Positions 20,608 through 30,359 of a stretch of 64,000 bases of DNA are shown here, in pieces (position 1 is the first letter of the stretch; every line of letters starts with the position of its first letter). The position numbers were made by a program, and so were the translations under genes. This DNA is from Candidatus Multivoradales bacterium. GTDB taxonomy: Bacteria; Acidobacteriota; Thermoanaerobaculia; Multivoradales; J023. The stretch lies in contig CBDFLE010000006.1 of assembly GCA_965248925.1 (NCBI GenBank), forward strand, positions 4,064,001-4,128,000. The letters are read 5' to 3'. The notes beneath the pieces are model-generated. The model worked only from the letters and a program-made list of their open reading frames with translations, did no database searches and had not been told where the DNA came from.

Positions 20608-22029
20608 ATGATCGCGCGCATCCTCTCCCTAGCCCTGTTGACCAGTACTTTGCCGATTCTCTGCTCGGCCAGCGTCGCCGCCGAACTTCCCCGGACCCTG
20701 CGGCTGGATTACTTCCACACCGGCGGCATGGGCACGGAGGTGTTCAGTGTCGACGCCTTGCGCCGCGAGCCGCTGCCCTGGCCGGGTCATCCACGGCGGG
20801 CGGTCGACACCACCAACCGGGGCAAGTACCGCTTCGAAATCCGCCGCTCGGACGGCGGTAAGGTGCTCTACTCGCGGGGCTTCGCCTCGATCTATGGCGA
20901 GTGGGAGACCACCGCCGAAGCGCAGAACAGCCACCGTACTTTTCACGAGTCGCTGCGCTTTCCCGACCCTGGCGAGCCTTTCTCAGTGCTGCTATCGGTG
21001 CGCGACGTGGCCAATGGCTGGCGGTCGCTGTGGCAGTTGGAACTCGACCCGTCCGCGATCTTCGTCGATCAGGCACAGCCGCCCCGTCAAGACTTGATCA
21101 CCCTCGAGTCTCATGGCCCGCCGGCCGACAAAGTCGACTTGCTGCTGCTCGGTGACGGTTACACCGCCCAGCAGTGTCCGAAGTTCATCAGCCAGGCCAG
21201 GCGATTGGTAGCGGCTTTGTTCAGCGAGCCCCCCTTCGCGGCGCGGCGCGAGGACTTCAATGTCTGGGCGATCTGTCCACCAGCGGCGCAGTCCGGGGTT
21301 ACCAGGCCATCGACCGGCATGCACCGCCATAGCCCGCTGGGCGCGACTTACGATGCCTTTGGTTCAGAGCGCTACCTGCTGAGCTTCGAGAATCGCCGTT
21401 GGCGTGATGTGGCGGCCTGGGCTCCCTATGAATTTGTCGAGATCCTGGTCAACAGCGAGACCTACGGTGGTGGTGGGATATTCGGTCTCTACAGCACCGC
21501 GGCGGCGCGCAGCTCGGAAGCGGAGTACCTCTTTGTGCATGAATTCGCCCACCACTTCGCGGGTCTCGCCGACGAGTACTACACCTCGCCGGTGGCCTAT
21601 CAGCCGACCGCCATCGAGACCGAGCCGTGGGAGCCCAACGTCACGGCCTTGCTCGATAAGACGCTCAAGTGGGAAGCGTTGGCCAGTCCAGGAGTCGAGT
21701 TGCCCACGCCGTGGCCGAAGCTGGTCTACGAGACTCATGCACGCAAGATCCAACAGCGCCGCCGACAAATCCGCGCCGCCAACCGACCGGAGAGCGAGAT
21801 GGCGGCGCTGTTTGCTGAGCAGCGTCAGTACGAGACCGAGCTGTTCCAGCAAGCGCCGAGCTGGGGCCAAATGGGAGCTTTCGAAGGCGCCAACTACTCG
21901 GCCACTGGCTACTACCGCTCCGAGATGGACTGCCTGATGTTCTCGCGCAATCCGGTCGGTTTCTGCACTGCGTGCCGGCATGGCCTGGAGCAGATAATCG
22001 ACTTCTACACGCCACCAGCTACCCCTTGA
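20608..22029 (+). CDS. Peptidase M64 (IgA peptidase-like) with N-terminal domain
   Basis: TLRLDYFHTG, GDGYT, HEFAHHFAGLADEYY, CLM...FCTAC; AGGAG RBS. Confidence 0.9.
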   Translation: MIARILSLALLTSTLPILCSASVAAELPRTLRLDYFHTGGMGTEVFSVDALRREPLPWPGHPRRAVDTTNRGKYRFEIRRSDGGKVLYSRGFASIYGEWETTAEAQNSHRTFHESLRFPDPGEPFSVLLSVRDVANGWRSLWQLELDPSAIFVDQAQPPRQDLITLESHGPPADKVDLLLLGDGYTAQQCPKFISQARRLVAALFSEPPFAARREDFNVWAICPPAAQSGVTRPSTGMHRHSPLGATYDAFGSERYLLSFENRRWRDVAAWAPYEFVEILVNSETYGGGGIFGLYSTAAARSSEAEYLFVHEFAHHFAGLADEYYTSPVAYQPTAIETEPWEPNVTALLDKTLKWEALASPGVELPTPWPKLVYETHARKIQQRRRQIRAANRPESEMAALFAEQRQYETELFQQAPSWGQMGAFEGANYSATGYYRSEMDCLMFSRNPVGFCTACRHGLEQIIDFYTPPATP

Positions 22030-22040
22030 GCTAGAGCGCG

Positions 22041-22796
22041 ATGAATCTACTGCTGGTCGAAGAGGATGAAGTGTCGCCCGGCAGTCGGGTGCGGCTCAGC
22101 GGGCGGCGGGCGAAACACTTGCTGAAAGTACTGCGGGTAGAGCCCGGACGGCGGCTACGTGCCGGGGTGGTGAACGGAGCCTTGGGTGAGGCCAAAGTCG
22201 AGCGGATCGAGGGTCACGAGGTTGTGCTGCGCTTCGACCTCCATGAGCCACCGCCCAGCGCCTCGGCTTGGCTCGATCTGGTCTTGGCGGTGCCGCGTCC
22301 GGCGGTTTTACACCGAGTCTTGCAGACCGCTGCCACCATGGGGGTTGGCCGGTTGTGGTTGACCAATGCCTGGCGGGTGGAAAAGAGCTTCTTCGGCTCG
22401 CCGTCGCTAGAATCCGAGGCCATCGCCCGCCATCTCCGATTGGGCGCCGAGCAAGGTGGCACCACCCGGCTACCGGAAGTGCGTCTCGAACGCCTGCTGG
22501 TGCCTTTCTTGGAGCAACTTGGCGCGCCGCCGCCAGGCACCTGCCGGGTGTTGGCCGAGCCGCGCTGCGGAACGCAAATCGAGGACCATCTAGCCGGCTT
22601 GGGCGCCGCTGCCGCCAAGACTCGCTACCAACTTGCTATCGGCCCAGAAGGTGGCTGGATCGAGCGTGAAATAGAAACCTTCGGCAATGCCGGCTTCACC
22701 CCGGTCGAACTCGGCCCTTGGGTGCTCAGAGTCGAGACCGCGGTCGCCGCCGCCATGGCCCAGATCGAGCTGTTGCGGCGTCAGGCAGGTGGCTGA
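22041..22796 (+). CDS. rsmE: 16S rRNA m3U1498 methyltransferase
   Basis: HLLKVLR, AEQG, IGPEGGW, LGPWVLRVETA. Confidence 0.9.
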   Translation: MNLLLVEEDEVSPGSRVRLSGRRAKHLLKVLRVEPGRRLRAGVVNGALGEAKVERIEGHEVVLRFDLHEPPPSASAWLDLVLAVPRPAVLHRVLQTAATMGVGRLWLTNAWRVEKSFFGSPSLESEAIARHLRLGAEQGGTTRLPEVRLERLLVPFLEQLGAPPPGTCRVLAEPRCGTQIEDHLAGLGAAAAKTRYQLAIGPEGGWIEREIETFGNAGFTPVELGPWVLRVETAVAAAMAQIELLRRQAGG

Positions 22797-22924
22797 TCTG
22801 GCCTCCTTCAACGGCTTCAGAGGCGTGCTAGAATTACCTCTAAAGCGCCATGCTGACCGACTGGCAGAGACGGTTGGCCACCCATTCTGATCCCCCAACG
22901 CTTGCAGCGCCGTGGAGGTGTTTC

Positions 22925-24196
22925 GTGTCCGAAGGCTGGACCTATCGGTTAGATTTTCAAGGCCAGGCTATCGAACTCACTGTGGGTGAGATGAATATCG
23001 GCCGTAGCCGCCGCGCCGATATCTCAATCAACGACCCGAGTGTCAGTCGGATTCATGCCAAGCTGCACATAGGTGACGGAGTGGTGCGGGTGGAGGATCT
23101 GGAGTCCTCCAATGGCACTTTTGTCAACGGCTTGCGCCTCGCCGATCCAGTGCCCGCCCGGCAAGGCTCGACCCTGGCCTTGGGCGATGCTGAACTTACC
23201 GTTCATATCGAGGCTCTGACTTTTCGCACGGTCCAGATGTCGGCTGCCGACCTAGCCCAGGTGCCGGGACTGCCGTCGGTGGGTGAGGCCACTTCGCTGT
23301 TGCAGGCCGGGTCGGTGGAGCTGGCCCAGCAGGTGCTGGATCAAGACTCGGCGCAAGCCGCGGCCGAGCTGCCGCCGGTGCTCGACACCGTGCCGCCGTT
23401 GCCCTCCCTGGAGAAAGAGGCGGCAACCCCTTCCGTCCCATCTTCGTTCGCCGCCCCGCCAAAGCCTGTCGCGGCGGTTCCACCGCCACCACCGGTTGCC
23501 CCACCTTCCTTTGAAGATCCGCCGTCGGCTTCGTTTGCTGCTCCTGCCGTCGCGGTCGCTTATCCCGAGCCATTCGGGCAGGGCGTGGCGATGCCTGCAA
23601 CCAGTGGCGACCCTGATCCCGATGCCGAGGGGGCGCTTGGCACTCCCCTCGCCGATCCAGATCAGAGTCAACTACTGCGCACCTTTGATGATATCGAAGC
23701 AGGAATAGACGGCCCTCCGGCGGCGGCCGAGGTGGCGGTGGCGGCCGCCGTGCCGGCTGCCCCGGTGGTCGCCGCCGCAGCTCCAATTCTGGCTCCACCG
23801 GCGGGGTTTTGGCGTCGGCTGGGGGCTGTGCTGATCGATGCCGTGTGGATGGTGCTACTAAATGTGGCGTTGCTTTTTGGTTGGAATATGGCCGGTGGTA
23901 GCGGCGCCTTGGAGGCGTTTGTGCCCGGCTTGGCGGTGTTTGTGCCCGCCTTGGTGGGTTTTGCCATCTCCTTGGTCATTGTCGTCGGTTGGGCGACGGT
24001 GGGCACCACGCCGGGGAAGAAGCTGCTGGGGCTTACCGTCCGCACCCTCGATGGTCGCGCCGGGGTGGGCTTTGGCCGCGCCCTGCTGCGCTATGTCACC
24101 TATCCAACCCTGATTGTCGGCTGCTTCTTGATCGCTTTCTCATCCACCAAGAGAGGCTTGCACGACCTGATTGCTGGCACCTACGTCGCGCGCTGA
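22925..24196 (+). CDS. FHA domain, Pro/Ala-rich linker and RDD membrane domain protein
   Basis: IGRS...VSRIHA...SSNGTFVNG; AGFWRRLGAVLID...TPGKKLLGL...GLHDLIAGT. Confidence 0.85.
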   Translation: MSEGWTYRLDFQGQAIELTVGEMNIGRSRRADISINDPSVSRIHAKLHIGDGVVRVEDLESSNGTFVNGLRLADPVPARQGSTLALGDAELTVHIEALTFRTVQMSAADLAQVPGLPSVGEATSLLQAGSVELAQQVLDQDSAQAAAELPPVLDTVPPLPSLEKEAATPSVPSSFAAPPKPVAAVPPPPPVAPPSFEDPPSASFAAPAVAVAYPEPFGQGVAMPATSGDPDPDAEGALGTPLADPDQSQLLRTFDDIEAGIDGPPAAAEVAVAAAVPAAPVVAAAAPILAPPAGFWRRLGAVLIDAVWMVLLNVALLFGWNMAGGSGALEAFVPGLAVFVPALVGFAISLVIVVGWATVGTTPGKKLLGLTVRTLDGRAGVGFGRALLRYVTYPTLIVGCFLIAFSSTKRGLHDLIAGTYVAR

Positions 24197-24337
24197 GGTT
24201 GAGTGGGCGGACCATCCGCGAGCCGCCGGCGGTGTTCGCTGTCGGGCGGTAAAACGCTGGTAAATCTGGGCCTTGCCGCACTTCAGCAGGGCTGAGTGCG
24301 GTTGCTCGGCGAATCCCCGAAAGTTAGGATGAGGGCT

Positions 24338-25294
24338 ATGGAAAAGGCCTCTCCAACCTGGTTGAAATTCGCTGGCTCGGCCGGTGGCGTCGTGCTCGGT
24401 CTGGTCTTTTTGGTCGCCGCCTGGGCGAAGACTCTCGACCCCTCGGCCTTCGCTCAGGAGATCGAACACCAAGGCTTGGCAATCCTGCTGCCGGCTATGG
24501 CGGTGGCGTTGATCGCTCTCGCTCTCGAGGTTGCCCTGGGTTCGGCCTTGGTGCTCGGGGTTCGCAGGCGGTGGGTGCTGTGGCCGACGGCGGCTTTGGT
24601 GGTGTTCTTCCTTTTCCTCACCGGACGGGCCTATCTGCGCTACCTGGGCGGGGAGGTTCCCGATGAGGCCGGCTGTGGCTGTTTTGGCAATTTGGTCGAG
24701 CGCACGCCGACCGAGGCCTTCTGGCAAGACCTGCTGCTGATGGTGCCGGCTTTGCTACTGGCTTTCCTGGGTCGCCGCGGCGCCTCCCATCGCTTGCCGG
24801 TGTTGCGTCTGGTGTGGGTCGGGTTACTGACTTTGGCCACGGTGGTGGTGGCCTGGAAAGCCCCCGATCTGCCGCTCGATAACTTGGCTACCAGGGTTAA
24901 GCCGGGTACCGAAATCCTCAGTCTCTGCGCTGGCAGCGAGGAAGATGGAACGCGGGTCTGTATGGACGGCGTGGCTCCCGAGCTCGGCAGTGGTGAGCAC
25001 CTGGTGCTGTTGGCCGAACTCGAAGATCCAGCATTGATCGCCAACCTGGACGCCCTGAACGAGTATCATCTGTCGGGAGAGGCCGGGATGGTCTGGTTGT
25101 TGACCGGGGCTAGCGACGAGCAGCTCGCCGCTTTTCGCTTCGGCTATTTCCCGGCGTTCGAGATCCGCGAAGCCCCCGCCGCCTTGCTCAGGCCGATGTA
25201 CCGCACCCTGCCGCGCTCTTTCCGGATTCGCGATGGCCGGGTCGAAGAAACCTACTCCGGACTGCCGTCGCTGGGCGAGATCGGGGCCGGCTAG
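24338..25294 (+). CDS. MauE/DoxX family redox-associated membrane protein
   Basis: TM helices, CGCFG motif. Confidence 0.8.
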   Translation: MEKASPTWLKFAGSAGGVVLGLVFLVAAWAKTLDPSAFAQEIEHQGLAILLPAMAVALIALALEVALGSALVLGVRRRWVLWPTAALVVFFLFLTGRAYLRYLGGEVPDEAGCGCFGNLVERTPTEAFWQDLLLMVPALLLAFLGRRGASHRLPVLRLVWVGLLTLATVVVAWKAPDLPLDNLATRVKPGTEILSLCAGSEEDGTRVCMDGVAPELGSGEHLVLLAELEDPALIANLDALNEYHLSGEAGMVWLLTGASDEQLAAFRFGYFPAFEIREAPAALLRPMYRTLPRSFRIRDGRVEETYSGLPSLGEIGAG

Positions 25295-25356
25295 CTTGAC
25301 AATCACCGCTTCTCTGCTCGGTGGGGGAGGCCAACGATACTGAGGATGAGCCAGTG

Positions 25357-26244
25357 ATGAAGACACTCACTTACTTAGCAACCACGAGTCTGGCCGACAG
25401 ATCGCCGCGGGTTACCGTGGCGCGCGGCACTGTTTCGCGGCTCACCGTGTCGCGGGCCATCGTGCTGGTCGCCGCCGCTCTACTGGCCTTGCCGGCCGCC
25501 GGCCAGATGGCGGCCGACGCCTTGTTCAGCGACTTCGAGCCCAATGGCGAATACGTCTTTGTGCTCGATGGCAAGGCGCTCAAGGACGCCGAGATCTTTC
25601 AGTCGAAGCGCGCGGGCGCTTTCTTGATCATGGCCCCCGAGCTAGCTTCGCCGGTGATCATCAATGCTCGGGCGCAGCAGGTGCAGAGCGTTCACATCAT
25701 GAAAGTCGCGCGGCGCGACAGCGGCAAGGTCGATATTTTGGCCGATGCTTCCTTCGATTCGTTGGGCGGTTTCAACTTCAAAGAAGGCAAGGTGTATTTC
25801 GCCATTGGCGACCGCAAGGCGGTGTTGGAAGAGAAGCCGCCGCTACTCGGTTGGCGCCAGGCAGACGAGCTGATCGACTATAAGGTGGAGTACGTGCGCG
25901 GCTCAGCCGCTTACACCCCGAGCGCGGAGCACCTCGGCTTGCTGCAAGGCCAGAAGAAAGCGGTCGAGGTCAAAGTCTACTTCGCCACTTGGTGCCCGGC
26001 TTGCACCCGCGCGGTGCCGAAAGTGCTGAAGGTGCAAGAAGGGTTGGCCGATTCCAAGATCCGCTTCTCCTACTACGGCCTGCCGCACAAGATCGACGAC
26101 GATCCGGTCGCCCGCGAGGTCGAGATCAAAGGCATTCCGACGGTGGTGGTGCATGTGGCCGGCAAAGAGGTGGGCCGACTCAGCGTCAGCGATCTCAACG
26201 CGCCGGAGAAAGCGCTGCATCAGCTAGTGGCCAAGGCTGAGTGA
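25357..26244 (+). CDS. Exported thioredoxin-domain protein
   Basis: FATWCPAC active site, GIPT cis-Pro loop. Confidence 0.82.
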   Translation: MKTLTYLATTSLADRSPRVTVARGTVSRLTVSRAIVLVAAALLALPAAGQMAADALFSDFEPNGEYVFVLDGKALKDAEIFQSKRAGAFLIMAPELASPVIINARAQQVQSVHIMKVARRDSGKVDILADASFDSLGGFNFKEGKVYFAIGDRKAVLEEKPPLLGWRQADELIDYKVEYVRGSAAYTPSAEHLGLLQGQKKAVEVKVYFATWCPACTRAVPKVLKVQEGLADSKIRFSYYGLPHKIDDDPVAREVEIKGIPTVVVHVAGKEVGRLSVSDLNAPEKALHQLVAKAE

Positions 26245-26325
26245 AAGGCAGAACACCTCTGGCCGGAAGATACACTTCTAAGGCAACGTCACGGAAATCC
26301 CACAAGTTATTGAGAACAAACTTTT

Positions 26326-26361
26326 TTTTGTAGGGGCGCATCGCGATGCGCCCCTACAAAA
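26326..26361. repeat. GTAG-type REP palindrome / probable bidirectional terminator
   Basis: Perfect palindrome TTTTGTAGGGGCGCATCGCGATGCGCCCCTACAAAA between convergent genes. Confidence 0.8.
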
Positions 26362-26371
26362 TCCCTCGAAG

Positions 26372-28795
26372 CTACGTCGTAAACTCAGCGAAGAAGTCTC
26401 TGGCGACCTCGTGCGGCCTGCCTGCTAGCTGACCGCCGTCGTCGGGATGCCAGTCGGCAGGTAGGTGCTCTTTGTAGGGGCGGCGCAGGAAGCGGCGGTC
26501 GTAGAGGGCGATCACCCCGGTGTCGTGGGCGGAGCGGATCAAGCGGCCGGCGGCTTGTACCACCCGGGTCATGCCGGGCACCACGAAGGCATATTCGAAG
26601 CCGCGGTCGAAACGCTCATCGTAGTAAGTTTGCAGCAGCTTTTGGTCGAGGGTCACCGGCGGTAGGCAGGGGCCGATCACCGCCACCGCCTTGAGCATAT
26701 CTCCCGGATAGTCGACCCCCTCGGCGAACACCCCTCCCGCCACCGCCAGCAGCAGCACGTCGCCGAAGATGGCGGTGCGCAGAGTCTCAAGAATCTCCTC
26801 GCGCTGCTGGGCGCTGTCGCCCGAATTTTGCACCAGGACCCGCTTGCTGTCGGGACCCATCATCGAAGCCACTTCAGCGAGAAACTTGTAGCTCGGGAAG
26901 AGGGCTAGGCAATTGCCCGGCACGGCGTCGGCAAAGCGACTGAGGCCGTCGGCGATGCGTGGGTAGTTGGCCGGACGCTCGCGCCAGGTAGTGGCGACGG
27001 AGGTGTCGATCACTACCCTGCGATTCTCGGCGGGGAAGGGGTTGCTAATTCGCAGGGGCACGGTGCGCCCTGAATCGAAGCCCAGCAGGTCGCGGTAAAA
27101 CTCATGCGGCGACAGGGTGGCCGAGAGGCCGACGACGGCATGGCAGCGGTTGATCGTCTTGCCCAGAAAGAGGCTGGGATCGCGGCATAGGATGCACAAT
27201 TTGCTGTTCTGGTCGCGGCGCTCAACGTAGTGCGAGAATGAGGTGTCGGACAGGGAGAGAGCATTCAAGAACTTGAGCAGGCCGAAGTAGAGATCGACGA
27301 AGCGGTCGTCGGCGGTCAGGGTCTTGGTCTCGCGGCGGTGTTCCAGGTAGTCGACGAAGGCTTGATCGAAGGCGCCGCGCAGCTGGTGTAGCGCATCCTC
27401 GGGCAGCGCTTGCTCGGCAGCCCACTGGTGTTCTTCGCCCACGGGTTGGGCGTCGGCCACGGTTTCTTCGATCAGCTTCTCCAGCCGGTAGCACAGCCGT
27501 GCCAGCGTGCGGTGGATCGGTGCCAGGCCGAGGGCGACTTCTTCGCCGGCCTGGAAGGCTTGGCGGGAGGTTAGCCGCGGACTGTAGTAGCCGCGACCAC
27601 GGTCGACCAAGTTGTGGATCTCATCGACGATCAAGATAGTGCCTTCGAGCGAAGCGTCGGGGCCGAAGTCGCTCAGCGCGACGTAGGGGTCGAAAGCATA
27701 GTTGTAGTCGCACACCGTCACCTGGGCTTGGCCGCTGAGTTCCAGGCTGACTTCGAAGGGGCAGACCTGGCTGTTGCGGGCGGCGGCGAAGATGTCGTCG
27801 GGGAGCAAGGTGCCGTATTGATCGAGCAGCCGGCTGACGATCTCGCTGCGGTGCAGTTTTTGGTAGTACTCCTTGGCGAACTCGCAATATTCTTCGTGGC
27901 AGAGCATCTCGCCGTTGGCGCACATCCGCGACTTGGCGCGCAACTGCAAGGTGCGGAAGGCCTGGTCTTGGTTGAGCAACTGCAAGACGGTGGTGGCCAT
28001 GGTTTGCTGCAAGTTCTTGGCGGTGAGTACAAACACCCGCTTGTTGTGCTCCAGGGCGAAGCGCAGCACCGGCAAAATGGTCGCCACGGTCTTGCCGATG
28101 CCGGTGGGTGCTTCGACCAGCAGGTGCTCACCGGCGGCGACGCTGGCAGCCACGGCGCTGCTGATTTCACTCTGCCCGGGGCGTTCTTCGGTATAGGGAA
28201 AAGCCAATTGGGTGGCGGCGGCGCGGCGTTCTTCGAACTCTCGGCGAGAGGCTTCCTGACGCCGCAGCAAGTGATTGACCCGCCGTCTGACCAGCGCCCC
28301 GAGGAGGTCGAGATCTACCTCTACCGGCTCACGTTCGAGGTGTTCGGAGCCGATCTCGATCAGCAGCAGCTCTGCACGGATCGGCGGTGCCTCGGGTTCC
28401 GGCTCCGACTGCGCCAGCATCCAAGCGTAGAGGCTGGCCTGGCGCTCGTAGATCTGTCGGGTGTTGGGCGCCAGTCGCGAGTCGCGCCGCACCGACTTGA
28501 TTTCCTCAACCACTCGCTCCCCCCGGTCGCCGCGGCGCAGGCCATCGATGCGGCCATGGACCGTCACCCGCCAGCCGTGGTGCTCGAAGGTGTGGCGGAC
28601 GGTGACTTCGCTGCGATAGGTGGGGTCCTCCTCGAGGGCTTGCTGCTGATAGCGACTGTGGATCGCCTGGCCGAGCCACATCCGTTCATAGCCGCCACGG
28701 TTGGCGAAGCCCAAGCTGCGCAGCAGTTGGGTGTCGAGCAGGTCGGCGACGGCCAGCTCAAGGGTGGAGGAGTCGGTGTCGAAACGCGGTGCCAC
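26372..28795 (-). CDS. DinG/Rad3-like Fe-S helicase with N-terminal PD-(D/E)XK (Cas4-like) nuclease domain
   Basis: GRIDG...EEIKS; APTGIGKT; Cys cluster MC..C..C..CPFE; DEIHN; SATL; QAAGRLIR. Confidence 0.88.
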   Translation of the reverse strand: MAPRFDTDSSTLELAVADLLDTQLLRSLGFANRGGYERMWLGQAIHSRYQQQALEEDPTYRSEVTVRHTFEHHGWRVTVHGRIDGLRRGDRGERVVEEIKSVRRDSRLAPNTRQIYERQASLYAWMLAQSEPEPEAPPIRAELLLIEIGSEHLEREPVEVDLDLLGALVRRRVNHLLRRQEASRREFEERRAAATQLAFPYTEERPGQSEISSAVAASVAAGEHLLVEAPTGIGKTVATILPVLRFALEHNKRVFVLTAKNLQQTMATTVLQLLNQDQAFRTLQLRAKSRMCANGEMLCHEEYCEFAKEYYQKLHRSEIVSRLLDQYGTLLPDDIFAAARNSQVCPFEVSLELSGQAQVTVCDYNYAFDPYVALSDFGPDASLEGTILIVDEIHNLVDRGRGYYSPRLTSRQAFQAGEEVALGLAPIHRTLARLCYRLEKLIEETVADAQPVGEEHQWAAEQALPEDALHQLRGAFDQAFVDYLEHRRETKTLTADDRFVDLYFGLLKFLNALSLSDTSFSHYVERRDQNSKLCILCRDPSLFLGKTINRCHAVVGLSATLSPHEFYRDLLGFDSGRTVPLRISNPFPAENRRVVIDTSVATTWRERPANYPRIADGLSRFADAVPGNCLALFPSYKFLAEVASMMGPDSKRVLVQNSGDSAQQREEILETLRTAIFGDVLLLAVAGGVFAEGVDYPGDMLKAVAVIGPCLPPVTLDQKLLQTYYDERFDRGFEYAFVVPGMTRVVQAAGRLIRSAHDTGVIALYDRRFLRRPYKEHLPADWHPDDGGQLAGRPHEVARDFFAEFTT

Positions 28796-28904
28796 GGCAG
28801 CAGTATACGCAAGCTATCGGTAGGCTTCAGGCAAAATTCGTGGGACCGGAATCTGGGTGGCGGACGATTGAAAGGTGGATCCTCGGGGGGACAAGCGGCT
28901 TGAA

Positions 28905-29288
28905 TTAGATCACTTCGAGTTGCGGTAGGTGTCGGAAGTGGTGGTCGCCAGTACACAGCACCAAGTTGTGCTCGGTGCACAAAGCAGCGATCCACAGGTC
29001 ATTGATCGGGATTGGTGTTCCCTGGCGGCGGAGCTGGCGGTAGAGGCCAGCGTAGACGCGGGTCGTCTGTTCGCCCGCGTAGAGCACTTCAACGCCTGGC
29101 TTGCTGAGGAACCGCCGCAACACCTCTTCGTTCTGCGCTGTTCGAGTACCGGTGGCGAATCCACCTCGCAACTCCGCCAACACTACGAATGGCAGGTAGA
29201 TCCGCTCAGCTTCTTCTAGCCTTCGGGTCAAGCGTTGATCACCGCGGCAGAGGTCGGTATACCGATTGGTGTCGAGGGCTAGTCTCAT
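28905..29288 (-). CDS. vapC: VapC PIN toxin
   Basis: LDTN, AEL, NDLWIAA, TGDHHF. Confidence 0.9.
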   Translation of the reverse strand: MRLALDTNRYTDLCRGDQRLTRRLEEAERIYLPFVVLAELRGGFATGTRTAQNEEVLRRFLSKPGVEVLYAGEQTTRVYAGLYRQLRRQGTPIPINDLWIAALCTEHNLVLCTGDHHFRHLPQLEVI

Positions 29289-29530
29289 GACCAGTCTTGA
29301 GGGTCGATCCGGCGTTGATCGGCAAGCGCCGAAGCCACCTCTGGATTTTCCTGCCAGGTGCCGCCGAGGTCCGAGAGATCACGCCTCCGAGTCTGCTTGT
29401 CGGCCACTCCCAGACCACGGCGGAGGATCTCAACGGCGGTTTGGTTGAGGCTCTTACCTGCCTCACTCGCCGCTCGCCGGAGCGCTTGGTCTAAGTCGTT
29501 CGGGACGTTGCGCAGGGTGTATTGAGTCAT
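29285..29530 (-). CDS. FitA-like RHH antitoxin
   Basis: QYTLRNVPNDLDQALRRAA...SLNQ; ATGA overlap with the toxin. Confidence 0.82.
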   Translation of the reverse strand: MTQYTLRNVPNDLDQALRRAASEAGKSLNQTAVEILRRGLGVADKQTRRRDLSDLGGTWQENPEVASALADQRRIDPQDWS

Positions 29531-29536
29531 GCCTGC

Positions 29537-29565
29537 ATGCTAGGCAGGCGGTGCCTGCATGTCAA
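29537..29565 (-). promoter_or_regulatory. sigma70 promoter TTGACA-N17-TAGCAT (probably leaderless) with GCCTGCATG operator repeats
   Basis: -35 at 29565-29560, -10 at 29542-29537, ATG at 29530. Confidence 0.65.
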
Positions 29566-29594
29566 GCGATCATCGAGGAGGAGGTCGGCCAGAA

Positions 29595-29624
29595 TTGACA
29601 GCCTCGGCAAATAAGCATATGCTT
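29595..29624 (+). promoter_or_regulatory. sigma70 promoter TTGACA-N17-TATGCT with AAGCATATGCTT palindrome over the -10
   Basis: -35 at 29595-29600, -10 at 29618-29623, palindrome at 29613-29624. Confidence 0.7.
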
Positions 29625-29665
29625 GTGGCATAGGCCGATCATTCTAGTCGCGACTCAAGGAGTTA

Positions 29666-29905
29666 TTGGTGCAGCAATTCACCGCCAAGGTATTTCGCAA
29701 CGGTCGCAATCAAGCGATTCGTATCCCGGTTGAGCTGAGTTTCGACACGGACACGGTTATTCTCGTGAAGCGCGGCGACACACTGATCGTGCGACCTAAG
29801 CCGAAGGCGGGCTGGGATCAGTTTTTCAGCGATCCGTCGCTGGCCTTGCCTGAAGACTTCAAGCTGGGCGAAGATCCACCGCCTCCCGAGCGTGACCTCT
29901 TCTGA
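29666..29905 (+). CDS. vapB: AbrB/VagC-type VapB antitoxin
   Basis: AKVFRNGRNQAIRIPVE. Confidence 0.88.
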   Translation: MVQQFTAKVFRNGRNQAIRIPVELSFDTDTVILVKRGDTLIVRPKPKAGWDQFFSDPSLALPEDFKLGEDPPPPERDLF

Positions 29906-30309
29906 TGTTCTTGCTCGACACCGATATCTGTAGCTATGTGATGAAGCGGCGACACATCGCCCTCATCGACCGGATTCGGGGATTCGCAACCGGTGAACTC
30001 AAGGTCTCGGTGGTGACCGTCTACGAACTCGAGTTTGGTGCTCAACGCAGTGGCCGGCCAGAGATCGCTCGGGTTATTCGGGCTTTCCTGGCAAATGTCG
30101 AAGTGCTCCTCTTCGACTCTCCCGCAGCTCGGGAAGCTGGTGAAATCCGTGCCCGCTTGGCGGCGGCTGGCAAGCTGATTGGAGCCTATGACCTGCTGAT
30201 CGCCGGCCATGCGCGGTCGCTCGGAGCGGTGCTGGTGACCAACAACGTCAGAGAGTTTTCCCGCGTTCGCGATCTACAGCTGCAGAATTGGGCCGGTGCC
30301 GAAATCTAG
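29905..30309 (+). CDS. vapC: VapC PIN toxin
   Basis: LLDTDICSY, YELEFG, IGAYDLLIAGHA, VTNNVREF. Confidence 0.92.
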   Translation: MFLLDTDICSYVMKRRHIALIDRIRGFATGELKVSVVTVYELEFGAQRSGRPEIARVIRAFLANVEVLLFDSPAAREAGEIRARLAAAGKLIGAYDLLIAGHARSLGAVLVTNNVREFSRVRDLQLQNWAGAEI

Positions 30310-30359
30310 GCGCCAGCCGCTTCGTGCTGTCAACAAGCATCCAGCTCTTGACCTCCGTT

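Noticed and set aside
26372-28795. DinG/Cas4-like helicase as a type IV CRISPR component
   Set aside because: About 24 kb from the array, no csf genes; fits a stand-alone nuclease-helicase family
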